NCBI RefSeq assembly: GCF_964204645.1
Contig: NC_134026.1
Coordinates: 30,042,150 to 30,106,149, forward strand
DNA length: 64,000 nucleotides
From: Tubulanus polymorphus
Lineage: Eukaryota > Animalia > Nemertea
Direction of reading: 5' to 3'
How positions within the stretch are numbered: position 1 is the first letter of the stretch; every line of letters starts with the position of its first letter. Below are positions 26,672 to 39,602 of the stretch, piece by piece. Below the pieces are notes generated by a model. The model searched no databases and was not told where the DNA came from. It was given only the letters and a program-made list of their open reading frames with translations. A program made the position numbers and the translations under genes.

Positions 26672-29600
26672 TCACGTAGTTCCGCCGTCAATGCTCTCTC
26701 GCTCCTTCTCTAACAACAACTGGTCTTTTTTTGCCGTCAGAACGTTCGAAAATCGTCGTTTATCGATCTGCATCTTGATGCAGTCGACATTTTTAAACAA
26801 TTGCTCCGCCGTGATATTCTCCGGTAGTTTCGTAAGAAACTGCGCCAAATGTATAAAATCCAAATTGTACAAAACTGCTTCGAACATCCTCAAAATTCCT
26901 GCAAAGACAAACATCAGTTTTTATCAATTCATCCATTATCAGAACGAACCAACATTCCAATTATAATCCAGGGTGGCCACTTTTATTTCCCCAAATTTAC
27001 CCTTATTTTCAGGTAAGTGGCCATGCTGTAATTAGGAGCCAGTTTCATAGATGTGGGGGCAAAACAGCCCCTGGGAACGATATGAGATTTTACAGAAACA
27101 GTGAAATTTTGTCTAACTCTGACAAACTGGGACTGGCAAAATTAGTCCCAGGCCAAGTTTAAGAACATTTAAGTGAATTCTCATAACTAGGTTAAAGATA
27201 AATTGGTCACCCGATCTATGAAACCAGCCCCAGATATTTATGTTCGATTTATACCTAATGCTGTCCTAAACAAGAATTCCTCTCCATCGCGACAGAACAC
27301 GTCCCAAACCCGACTAGCAACATCTAGTGGCAGTGATTTGCTATATAGGGTAAAAATCCTACAATAATAATTGATTCATCATCATTAAATCATATACTTA
27401 TCACAAGGGAAATGAGGACAGACTATATCATCATTGTCATCCTACCAGCATGAACTTACCAATCAATTATATACAGATCTGGCGAAAGGTTATGCTTTTT
27501 AAAATGTTTGTATAACTTCGGGAGATTCTCGAGAAAGAAATCTTCATAAACTTGAAAATATGCTTTCATCTAAAATAGAACACAATTGAATAGTACTTCA
27601 TATGTAGGACATGTTTTTGTGTTGATGAATCGATTAAAACTATGAACAGTACATACCAGTGTTTCATCAATACGAAAGAATGCTACTTGACATGGTTTGT
27701 TTAAAAGATTGGCAAAACAGATAAAAGCATCGGCAACGTCCATGTTCAGTAACAAAACAGCAGCAAGGAATGACATACCCTGAACCTAAAGATGATAATA
27801 ACACTGTGTTTAATTACAAATAATGATAGAAATGACTACAGAAGACTGATTCATATACAGGATCCAGTTCTCCATAGTCGTGTGTTTGACTTTGAATTAG
27901 TTAATTTTCAGTGAGTTAACTCCGAGTCAAATTTTCACTGACAACCGTGGAATCGGGTCCTGTAGAATGAGCTGATTGCCAGAGAGGATAATGTAGTTTC
28001 CTGTAAATAACTTACATAACCAACATCAGGTCGATAACTGGTGTAGGCTCCCAGTAAACTATGCAACATGTCGTAATATGGTCCACCCTAAAATATAATT
28101 ACAAATTCATTCGATAACTTTTAAAATCTTCATTTTGACAGTAGTTTAACCCGTGGATCAGTTGTCACATTACTGAATTCTTTATTTTTCAGTCACAATT
28201 TACTAAGTGCATAAGTCGATAAGATCAATAACGATCATCCTAACAATGGCGACTTTAAGCAAGTTTGAGCGTGAAGCAGTTTGCAAAATATATTCCACCT
28301 TTTGAAAGACTTTGAGTTGAGGGAATGTTCGAGATACGTCGAGTCTAATCACGTCAACGCTTGCTTCTTTACTGTTACAACGAAAATCTTCACCATTCTC
28401 GCAACATTGCTGTAATAACTTCAGATAATCCTGAGCTCGACCGAGACATATTTCATACAATTCTACAAAGATAGAGCAACGTTTAAAAGAATCGATAAAA
28501 GAACAGCAGCGTAAACAATGACCTAAATCAATCGTGATAAAACGTCTCGTCAATTTTGCTCATTTCAGACACACGACTATTAATCATAAAGATTTCACAG
28601 TTCATGAAAAGTTTGACTCTAATTGATAAATACGTTGTGTACTTATGTATTTTATTCAATTGTTACCTTGTGTTAAATTGAGATCATTTCCTATAGCGAG
28701 TTTCCATACTTTACCACGAACACTAGAAGGGATTCCTAACCACCAAAGATCTCGAGCTTTCTTAGATTCTTTACTGAAATTAAATCGTTACACATTACCA
28801 GTATGTAATATCGTAGGGAGACCACTATTTCTAAATTCTCGAATCCCTCTCGGATTTCGCTGAACTTTCTTCGTAAAAGGGAAATATTCCCTGAGCTAGC
28901 TAAAGGTTAAGCATTCAAAGTCTTTTTGCTAAGAAAAGTGAAAGATTCTTTAAAATGTCACATACGCTGGCTCTCGTGATTCGACATCAATAAAACTGCA
29001 CATCGAAACAACCTCAAATTTCCTGAGTTGTCCATGTTTCACAAAAATGTATCAAATTCCCAAAGATTTTTCAGGATTTGTTATCCAGGTCAGTAGCCAT
29101 GTGTTGAATTTAAATTCTGTACTCACGTATTATCCCAGTTTGGTAATATTTGATTGTTCCAGATTTGTAACGATGCGCTCAATTGATCTTCGATCTTCAA
29201 TTGATGTTGCATTTGTTTTTTCTTCATTTTTAATTCTTTCAGTTCTTTCTTTTTCGCCGCTTCGACCATCGCTTCGTATTCCAGTTTATGGCGTAGTTCC
29301 TCTTCAGGTGATTTACTCGGCAAATTCATCGGCCGATTTTCTAAAATCAACGCGGTCGTCGAGAGAACTTCGACGTCTTTTTTCCGGCATCGAATCGGTG
29401 ATAACATCTGTAGACGATGTCGTGCTTGATATTCTTCACTTATTTGAGCTGCATCTTTTAACGGAGTTTGTTTCGGTGGCACTTTGCCGAATAATTTCCA
29501 TCCCAATGGACTAGGCGGTTCATTGACCTTTGATTGGTCCTTAGTTCGCTTCGAAAAAAGGTTTCTGTAAAATAGTTTATGGATGATCAATATTTCACAA

Positions 29601-31264
29601 AGGAAATGTAACACATGTACAGAATAACTATGTAATAATACAATAATAGATGTACAGTGTGAAACTTAAACACCATGGCATGGACCCTAACACGAAATCC
29701 AAGCTTACACGGAAAAACAAACGAGGATTCAAAAACTGTATTCAAGACAACCTATGTAATATGACGACTTATTCGATGATAAAACTTTCAACTTTGATGT
29801 AAACCTGCTTTTTCCAAACATCCTTTTTAGTCCACTTTACCAAACAAATTTCTTCAAAAATCCCAAAAATATCAGGATTTTTAAAGCTAAATTCACCAGA
29901 TCAGTAGAAAACATCCATATACAACCTATACTTTAAGGAAACAAGTGTCTCAAGTGAGTTTGATGTATGAGTAATGTAAACCTGCTTTATCCAAACATCC
30001 TTTTTAGCCCTTTTCCAAACAAATTTCTTCAAAAATCCCCAAAATATCAGGATTTTAAAAGCTAAATTCACCAGATCAGTAGAAAACATCCATATACAAT
30101 CTATACTTTAAGGAAACAAGTGTCTCAGTTGTTACCTTTTGTTAGTGTCTTTCATTAGTAAAAATGTTCATAAATCCTGTTTATGTTCGCTCTGTTCACT
30201 GATTCACAGTCAAATGAATGAAGTCAGCACATGATAACATACGACGTGTAGATATATATGTCTCTGTACTTCGGTCTATAGTTATTTACCAGAACAATTA
30301 CACACTATACACTATACATTCATTGAAATGAGGACACGACTGCAAATCCGGTAATTAGTATCATAAGCATTAATTCAACCAAAGTTCAACTGATTGAATT
30401 AAGCAATAGAGACTAAACCAAAAAAAATACATGTTCAATAAAAAGGGATTTATCTGTATGAATTTGGAAGGAATATTTAATAACAATGTAAACAGCTTAA
30501 AATTCTCCTTTTGTTCCCGGTCTGTGTAATCGTTTGCCCTTGGACACATACTGATAAACTACCGGTCAACAACTAAATTTGAATGGATTACATTGAGAAC
30601 ATTCTAAATGATGAAGTGTGAACGCGACTTAACCCTTTCAGTGCTAACTAATAAACACTTACTACTACTAAAGTGCTGGAGATAATTTGAAAATTCAAAC
30701 CGATCCCTAGTTAGTTACCTAATCGTTTGTGGTAAGCTTTTTACAATCAGATGGGCTTATAGCAACATCCGATCGCGAAACTAAACCACAGACGGGTTAC
30801 TGACTACCCTATCCCCATCCCTGGTGTTGAAAATATACCAATACACCACTATGCAGTGTCCAAGAAAAGTCTATCACCGATTTATACATAGAATATCAAT
30901 AAACTCTAAAAGACCGAAATGCTGCAACTTACTTCGAAAGGAAACTGGAGAGAGCTTTACTGCGTTTTCCTTTAGCTGCCTGTTGTAATGAGACATCGTT
31001 ATCACTGGTCATCGGTTCACTGATCGCCGCTTTCTCAAACGTGTTTCTCGAATGGAGATTAATCTCGACGAATCCGGTATCGTCGGTTAAATCGATATCG
31101 GTTAGTTGAATATCGGTGGCGACCTCCTCCGCCCCGGCGGCGGTTGATATCGATAAATCAGTACCGGTACTTAAACTAGACATACTCGAATGAGACGACG
31201 CGTCGGTGGTCACTGAATTAACTCTTTCTATCGTAGATTGTGACGTGGTGTTTTCGGCGTGTTC

Positions 31265-31307
<43 letters not shown>

Positions 31308-32020
31308 AGATTCGATATTCCATCGTGATCGACTTGATGACGATCGTCGCGCTGTTGTACGTTTATTTCCGACGACTGCGCGACATCGTTTTGAACGCTC
31401 AGAACTCTAGTATGCGGTATATAGACGAGCGGGATGTTTTCTAAAACGGTCGAAAGTCGACTATTTTCCGGATTAACGTTGACGGTAACAGCCGCCCCCT
31501 GGTGGTGTAAGGTATTATTAGATCGAGTAGATTCTAACAGTATACTATCACAGATCGAATTATTCATTTCAACCGATGAGATTTTTCCCGCTAACAGATG
31601 ACAATCCTCCATCGAAGTCGCTAGATTATTCACCAGTTCATCGGATGAATTAACGCGTAATAATTGACTGTTTTCTTCCGCCTGTTCGATGCTTCCCGGT
31701 GAACAACACGGAGATGTTAAACGATCCGTTGAATTACAACTGTAGAACTTTTCGCACGGCGAACAATCGGAATACGAATCGGTGTTTGTCGTTAGATTCG
31801 GTAAACTCGAAGATCGATCCGTTTCGAATACGGACGAATCGCGATGATTCAATTGTTCGAGTTTCATTTTCGAATTATTCGCGTGGGGCGACGACGAGGA
31901 TTGATGATCGGCGATTGATGAAGTCGTTTTAGAGGCTGAAGCCATATTTCTCTCCAACGCTTCGTTAGATTTCAGTGATGATGCTGCATCAGTGATGATG
32001 TTATCAGATAAAACTGGCAT
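26672..32020 (-). CDS. TBC1D12: TBC1D12/TBC1D14-type Rab-GAP; 9 coding exons including 30933-32020 and 29127-29564, TBC domain in small exons to 26672
   Basis: [63 protein letters not shown] (Arg finger), [13 protein letters not shown] (Gln finger), [30 protein letters not shown]. Confidence 0.93.
26969..27028. mobile_element. Tiny hAT-like MITE relic
   Basis: CAGGGTGGCCAC...GTGGCCATGCTG inverted ends; related CAGGG/CAGGGAA-rich relics at about 16660-16839 and 49110-49240. Confidence 0.45.
27034..27233. mobile_element. Degenerate Harbinger-like MITE
   Basis: GGAGCCAGTTTCATAGAT...ATCTATGAAACCAGCCCC imperfect TIR; a similar relic lies at about 27858-27962. Confidence 0.5.
29797..30127. repeat. 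Tandem duplication of an approx. 155-bp intronic segment (period about 177 bp)
   Basis: atgtaaacctgctt...ggaaacaagtgtctca occurs at 29797 and again at 29974 with few differences. Confidence 0.9.
30706..30800. repeat. Dispersed repeat family (also about 33385-33490 and, inverted, about 34430-34552)
   Basis: Shared core TAGTTAGTTAYCTAATCGTTKGTGGTAAGCTTTT. Confidence 0.7.
31265..31303 (-). repeat. Coding (CAG)12CAA repeat giving polyQ13 in TBC1D12/14
   Basis: Pure CTG run on + strand within the 30933-32020 exon. Confidence 0.95.
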
Positions 32021-33583
32021 GTTTTAATGCTGCCAATTGAGTTCATCATGAAACTACATTGATCCTCTCTTCACCTCACACGCACACCTCTGCCTCTATC
32101 TACAATTAGAAATATGATTTTTTTTCTATGAATTTAAGCTAAAGGTCATACAATGTTGATTTTGGAAAGTATATATGACTAGCCCAACCCCTGGATGCCG
32201 TGGTGGTGGTAATGATGTCGAGGCTTCAAGTGAAGTTCTTGCCATGCTAGTGAACAGACACAGTTTATTATATGATCAGATGACGAGTTTTTGGACAGCA
32301 GAGTTGAGTGAGTGAGGTCGAGGAGGGACCAGTCTCATACTCAACTTTTTGACACTTTGCTTGCTTGATGGGCTTGTTTTTGTGGTATATAGTAGCAACT
32401 AGTGGATAAGAAACTTGAATCCAATCAAGTCAGTCAACAAAAATGACTTGAACACTGTGTTGAATCTGTCATGATTGATTGAACTTAAGTGTCGTGTGTC
32501 TCAAGAGTAAGACTCGTTGTTGTGTGTGACGGACGGACGGTGTGTGTGTGGTGCATTGGGAATTTTTTAACGCCCAAACAAATTGAATATTACTCTCCAC
32601 GGTATAAACTAATTAGAATCAAAAATCATGTGAAGTATCACCTTTAATCAACACGGTCCATTAAGCGCACAGCGCTGAACAGCAGGTGTCATTATCTATT
32701 ATTAATCAGTTAATAACATCCCCGATTTTTTTCCAATTTGATGATACGCCATTTTGAAAATTTGTTTATACTCAAGTTATAAATATGAAACTGGGTCACT
32801 TCCTACTGAAATAACTACATCAATTCAATTTAGCGTGATTTTTATATACGTAGCTAGCACTTCTCTGCCGAAAACGAATACGTATTATTAGATATATCGA
32901 GGTAAAATAATTCTAAGAAATAGATAAAACTTTGCGAATAACTTCAGGTGTACGATATGATCGATTCGTCAATAATATATAATGTTAGTTCGACGTGCGG
33001 CGTAGAGTATCCGGTGCCACACAGTCTTCATACGGCGTCGAATACCCGTCCCGGTGCGTGTCGCGTGCAGCGCTCAATTTGAAGTGAAAGTTCGGTCGTC
33101 TAAAATGTAAATGTTAGGGAAATGAACCTGTGTCAACGCCTGTCAATCAATGAACTGTTTAGATATATATGTCTCTCATCTTGCTGAAACAATTCACATT
33201 TTCTCTTCATCCTCATCTTTCAGATGATAGATAACGTAAATTAAGACTTATCTCATCGCACTATTTACCGCCCAAAACCTACCAGAATCAAAGTCTTTAA
33301 TTATCGGCACTTATCACGTATTCACTACCCGTGTCTTTCAGCAGGGGCGCTTCTTGGGTGGTGGTTTTCGGGGTCCGGGTCCTATAGTTAGTTATCTAAT
33401 CGTTGGTGGTAAGCTTTTGTAATCTTGGCTAGGCTTTAAACCAATATATGTGGTGTATGAAAATATCCGCTTGTGAAACTGATAAGCCCCACACCAGGTT
33501 TCTGACAATCCGCTTTTGAAAATTTACTCATTTCTTCTGTTTTTCAGATATTGAGATAGAGATATAAACTTTGTATAGCGAGT

Positions 33584-36500
33584 ATGGATCGATCTGGACG
33601 ATCTCGCAGATCAGTAATAGAATCTTCTACTAGTGATAATCATGATGATGTCAGTAGAATAAGTTGTGAATTAGTATTCATTTGATGGTTGGAAAATAAG
33701 AGTTTATATGTTTCTATTTTATAGGTTAATCTGATTCCGACCAAAAGATTAAAAAACAAAGGCAACAATGGGCAAACAAATAGCAATAATGATGATAGCA
33801 ACATTGATGAATTATTGGAAAGTATGAAATTCACGAGTGAAATCTGTGTGAAATTGATGTGAAAATTTATAAAAATACTTGAAATTTTATGAAAGTTTTT
33901 GTTTGCAGAAAAAATTTGATGTTCTTTCGTGCTGAATGTTGTATCTGTTTTACTTAGAGAGAAACATATGTGCATGTTAGTCTGAATACCGGACGTTGTT
34001 TATGGGTTCCCCTGTGGAGAACAATGGCTTGATACTAGACTAATGTGCATGTGTTTTATGCTCCTCCTCATTAAGGCCTTATGTTTTGAGTCTCGTAAAA
34101 AGTTTGTGAATTCCATATTTTAGGTTTTGGTTTTTACGAACCACATATATGTCAAGAAGAGAAAGAAAATTTGTTAAAGACTTTACGAGAATCAAAAGAT
34201 GTGGAGGTAAGTGACTACAGTGTTCCCTGAAAATCAGAAAAATTACTACCATTCAAATTTGTGGAAGTGTTTTGTTCTTCGTTATTTTTTCAGCAAGAAA
34301 AAGCTAAAGGTGAAAATTCGGTGGATTTTGACGAGATTCCAATTAATGAAAATGAACAGGTTAGTTTTACTAGGCTCCACTCGATACTGGTCAGATCCAC
34401 CGCAAAAAGTTTTAACTAATGGTATTTTGTCGGGTTTCACCCTGAAGTAGTCAGAAACATGTCTGTGGATATTTTCACAAACCACATTATCGTTGGTATA
34501 AGCTCATCCGATTGTAAAAAGCTTACCACCAACGATTAGGTAACTAATTAACCCTGAAGCTGATAGATGCATCTTCTTTTGAACATTTTCAGACGCAGGG
34601 CCTTAATTTAGAGGATAGAATTACTGATGATGATGATGATGATGAAGGTGATGTGACTGTCATACGTGAATTGAATAATTCCCAGATTAATGACTTTCCC
34701 TGGACAAACAACACAGATGCCAGTAAGCAGTCTGAAGGTAGTCAGGTAACTTAGGAAACAAGATCCAGATCGACATAGTTGACTTCGATATAGATTTAAA
34801 CATCGGAAATGAACTAATTTCAACTCTATCGTCAAACGTAATTGAAAATGTGGATCCTGAAGAATATGGTGTTTTTACAAATTTGATGTGCTTAGATTTT
34901 CACTGAATAACTGTAAGATTTGGTAAATTTCTACCGGTGAAAATTTTTGTATTAAGCATGTATTGATCTATTGAAAAATATGGTGCTTTGAGTTTACAAA
35001 GCGCTTTGACTGCATTTACGCTTCCATTGTAGCTTGAGTATGCAAAGCTGAATAATTTTGTCATTTTAGTGATCCAATAACTTGTCGCAACTGCATTGAT
35101 TCGGACAATTTTACCTCAAAATTATGAACTAATAAGGCTAAAAAAAATTGATACCTTGTTTCTCCGCTCTGCTGAGATTAAATGTTGACCCGGCCAGCCG
35201 CCTATCTACCCTATACATTACTTTTTTTAAAATCGTGATCAATTTAACCATAACAGACCCGGCCGCTATAGAAATGAACTGTTTATTAATTTTATCATAT
35301 TTTACAAAAATGACCCGGCCGCTGCGGAGAAACAAGGTATCATTTTTGTTTAGCCTAATTTCTGTACAGACATATTTTCAGAACGATGAAGTTGATGTAG
35401 AAATTGATGAGACTGATCAGAATGAAGATAATATTTATAGCACTGATTCGGTATCTCATTCCTCAAAACGAAGACGTCTTTCATCTGAACAAGCTCCTCA
35501 ACTAAAAAGAGGAAGAAACGAAAATGTAAAAGTGGTATGTGTTTGATTACTATCGGGCACATCTGCAGCTCAAAGTCCTCAATCTTAGTTCAGTTTGATA
35601 AGTGTTCAGTTTTTTCGTGGACACCAGAATTTTGTGATGATTAGTTCTTAGCTTAGTAAAATTTAACTAAAGAAACTGTGGAATGGAAACCCGGTTTCAC
35701 AGCGTGACGAAAGAGTTGAAACAGGTTCATTTTCAATGCTCTTTAACCCAGAGGGACTTGAACCCTTTGGAATTGGATCCTAATTGTTTTTGATTATTGA
35801 AATTATAATAAATGCATTTTTTGTTGCTTTTTAGGAAAAACGTTATCGTCCGATTTTTTCATTTGAAGAGTGGTCCGATGACGATTCGTCAAAATCACCG
35901 CAACCGAAACAGTTAAAACGCGTGTATAAAAGAAACACTTGTAACGAGTTCTCATATTTTACACCAAAGGGCGCTTGTCCGCGCAAACAAAGCCTTAGAG
36001 TATACAAACACATTCTCAACTATCATAGACATTTGTTTGAATATCAATCGCGTCTACGATCGCGAATATCGTGGGAAGGAATTGAATCTATAAAACCTGG
36101 TCCTCATATACCGGGCACACTAGATGTTTATCAAAGGGGGGAAACTGCTCAAAGCGATACAGACTCTGATGCGGAGGAGGGCAAGGATTTAGGACCTGAA
36201 TTCAGTTGTTTACCGTCGCAAATATCGGAAAAAAAACGTAAAATTAAACGCGCGTCATCATTGAAAATACCCGAAGAGAAAAGATTCGAAATCGCGAAGC
36301 AAATGGGAAGGATCGGAATGGATTCTAGCCGCGCTGAATCTCCCGATCTTGACTTTCAGGCTAATACGAAACAACGTTTATTAACGGAAGAAAAAGAGAT
36401 TGATTTCAAGGAAAGTGAGACGTGGGAACTGCCTTTAAATCAACGAATAGCTCAACTACCGCAGCGGCGCCAGAGCGTTAACAATCGCGCAACAACAGAC

Positions 36501-38043
36501 AACATGTGGTTATCACCTTCATCCAGTGAAAATAAACCACAAATTACTACATGTCGGGGTCGAGGGAAGCGTTCATCTAATAATCAGTCGTCAGACGACG
36601 GAATACGTAGGAATCCGGTGAGGTTATCTCGGAAAAAAAAACCGCTAGTCGATGATATCTACGATTTTGAATCTAATATAGAAGAGGATAGAATAACGCC
36701 TCCGATGAAAGATAACCGTCTGAAAAATATCGAACCTGAAGTAATACCACCAGAGGTACTACAACATGTTTCAATTATAAACTCTGCATTTATTCGATAT
36801 ACAGTAGACTCTTTACTCTCGACGTCTCTCAAATCAGTGAATTTTACTAAAATCTATTTTGTAAAACCTTCAATCTCTCCAAATTCTCAGCTCGGTAATA
36901 TGGTCAACTCTGTGAGATATTTACAGCAGTGCCAACCAGTCTACTATATTCATCGATATCGATGTGTAATTGTTTTGATATCTCTGTTTAATTTTAGTTA
37001 CTACAAGATGAAATGGTAACCTGTCCAATATGTTATGATGAATACCCTCACAGTGAAATTACACATCATGCCTCTGGTTGTGAGGGAACTTCAGGTTAGT
37101 ATCGATTCTAAACTTATACCGCTAACTTAGTCAGCAAACTGCGACTGGCAGTAAAAGTCAGAGTAATTGAGTTCATATTGTTCTACATTGATTTGTTTTT
37201 CATTTATTTCAATATAGATTCATTGCCATCAATACACCAGTGGTAGGTTCAATTGCAGATCTCTTTACAAACAGTTTTTTAAAGGATAAGTTTTTTTATC
37301 AAAATGTTTTAACTCTTAGGCATCATCCACGTAAAAATCCACTGAGGGAAGTTCGAGAAAAAAAATCATCGGAGGTTGGAACACAAGGTGGGAAACCAGA
37401 AGCATCTATTGGGTAAGTCTAGTATCTTTTAATCCATCTGAAAAATAAATCGAATGAGTTTTACAAATCTTATAATATATATTCACTATGTTTCAGCACT
37501 CGACCACAAGAAACAGATGAAGGTATGTTAAATATCTCGTATACAATAAACAATGCTTAATTGGGATTAATCGGATCAAATGAAATTCATCTGATTTATG
37601 AGAAATCTGCTTTAATTCAACTAGTTTCATGTCCAAATTGAATGGTGTTCATGCACACCTACAATCTTTGAGATATCTGAATATCGGTGGGCAAAGCTTC
37701 CCTCATTCTAAATAACAGTCCTACAAGGATTTTTGATTGATCTTGATAACATGTGAATTGATGAATTGATAACATTTGATTAGGCTAAAAAAAATTGATA
37801 CCTTGTTTCTCCGCTCTGATGAGCTTAAATGTTGACCAGGCCGGCCGCCTATCTACCCTGTACATTACTTTTTTAAAAATCGTGATCAATTTTACCATAA
37901 CAGACCCGGCCGCTATAGAAATGAACTGTTTATAAATTTTATCATATTTTACAAAAATGACCCGGCCGCTGCGGAGAAACAAGGTATCATTTTTGTTTAG
38001 CCTTAATGATATATTTTAATATCTTACAGATATGTTTGGATAA
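33584..38043 (+). CDS. Uncharacterized 597-aa protein with UIM-like helix and UBZ4 zinc finger; candidate divergent RAP80/UIMC1. Exons 33584-33649, 33725-33821, 34124-34206, 34294-34359, 34593-34745, 35382-35534, 35835-36755, 36998-37094, 37218-37242, 37320-37412, 37497-37522, 38030-38043
   Basis: All 12 exons have AG/GT ends and join in frame without stops. VTCPICYDEYPHSEITHHASGC fits the CxxC-x11-HxxxC UBZ4 pattern; EEKENLLKTLRESKDVE is UIM-like. Gene existence is well supported; the orthology is inferred. Confidence 0.78.
35136..35355. mobile_element. PIF/Harbinger MITE, family A, copy 2
   Basis: Same TIRs as 19475-19693; TAA target duplication. Confidence 0.88.
37783..38002. mobile_element. 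PIF/Harbinger MITE, family A, copy 3
   Basis: Same TIRs; TTA target duplication. Confidence 0.88.
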
Positions 38044-38779
38044 AACAGTCAGTGGTGCTATAGAAGAATGATCATTATAGGCTTATCATAGGATTAATTG
38101 TCAGCAAGTCGCTCTGAAAAAAATTATTGTTAGAATATGCAAATTTTATAGGAAAGTATCACTATATAAATATGTGATTTATTTTTAGTGTAATTCCTCA
38201 ATGATGTTTGTATAAGAAGTAATGGATGTTGAACTGTTAGCGATCAAATGATTACATATATTTGGAAAAAGCAGCAAAATATATTCAGTTTCTTAATGCT
38301 GTATTAAATCGAGCTTCTAATTATTTGATCAGTTTTCATTCATGGCAATGATCCTGTTATTGTTTCTCATTTCTGTTCAGTTAAATACTAATTGTAAACA
38401 ATTTGTTACAAATTGCTAATAAATTGCAATAAAATATTTTTTCAATAAAATAATGTAGTAATGATTGTTTATTTGTGCCGATCTAATTGATACATGTACA
38501 TCAGCCTTTTGACAGTTAGAAGTATACAACAATACCATAGAAGAGAGTTTATATATATATGACAGTTGCAAGACATTCTCTGTACTAATTTAGTAGTGGT
38601 TCTCTCAATTTCGGCAAAATTAAACTGAAAACCTCCTACTAGCAGTTAGGAAAGTGTTGGAAAACGCCACTGTTCAACTTAGTTTCGAAATAAAATAGTC
38701 TAAATTTTAGTCCATTCTCATTCTGTGGCCGAAAAAGAAAAATTTGGGATTCGAATACGAGCAGTTGTGGATCATGGCA

Positions 38780-38980
38780 TGGGGGCAGTGCCCTTTCCTT
38801 TGCCGCATTAGACCATCGAGGTATAAACTGACGTCACAAATTATTGGCCACTCATTGCCTGACCCTAACCGAGAACACCTACGTCATCAAGTAATCCGCC
38901 ATACAATGGCAAGGGGTTAATAGAATCGAGGCGTCCGACATTGGCAAGTGAGTAATCGTAAGTGCTGCCATCTGTAGTAA
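38780..38980 (+). promoter_or_regulatory. Probable RGS12 promoter and non-coding first exon
   Basis: GC-richer island in AT-rich surroundings with TGACGTCA (about 38829), ATTGG boxes and donor-like gtgagt/gtaagt at about 38948-38963; coding exon acceptor at 40612. Confidence 0.4.
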
Positions 38981-39418
38981 TAATTATTTTCGTTAAGCTG
39001 TTGATTTTTATTAATAATTTCTAGAACACGTTAGCTATTTTGTATTTTTGAAATATATTTGTGTGCTTGTAATGTAAATCGTTTTCAATTATATCTGTAT
39101 ATTTTTACTATATGAATAAAGTGAAAATTGAATTGAATTGTTGAATGAACTGAAAGGCTGATAATTATCATGTTATTAATGATAATAAACAGATATTTCC
39201 TTTTAGATAATGAAATTATTGTTGAATTACAAACTCACGAGTAATCGAGGTAATTGTTAGAATATGATAAACTGTAAGATTTAATGAGGGGATTGCTGAA
39301 TATAGATAAGAAGATGAATGAATCTTCTTCGACTTCTTCATCGCCGATCGATTGGCGGTGGATATTTTGTATTTTTTTGGGATTCCTTGGACTCAAGCCA
39401 AGGCTAAGTCTCATCCTT

Positions 39419-39602
39419 AGGTGCGATTCAAGAATAGGGGACTATAGCAATATATATGTAGTGATAGTAATCAATTAATTAATAATATTAGTAATTGATA
39501 ATGATGATATATAATGGTAGTAATGTATATAGTAATTAATGATAATTAAGGAAATCCTAACCCTAATCCTAACCACTAGTCCCCTATTCTTGAATCTTAC
39601 CT
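39419..39602. mobile_element. TIR element with internal AT-rich and CCTAAC (telomere-like) motifs
   Basis: AGGTGCGATTCAAGAATAGGGGACTA...TAGTCCCCTATTCTTGAATCTTACCT inverted ends. Confidence 0.7.

Noticed and set aside
29047-29514. 155-aa + strand ORF
   Set aside because: Antisense shadow of a conserved TBC1D12/14 exon
31259-31444. Poly-Leu signal-peptide-like ORF on + strand
   Set aside because: Antisense reading of the CAG tract in TBC1D12/14
35138-35335. Near-identical 65-aa ORFs here and at 37785-37982
   Set aside because: They lie within copies of the same non-coding MITE and show no transposase motifs
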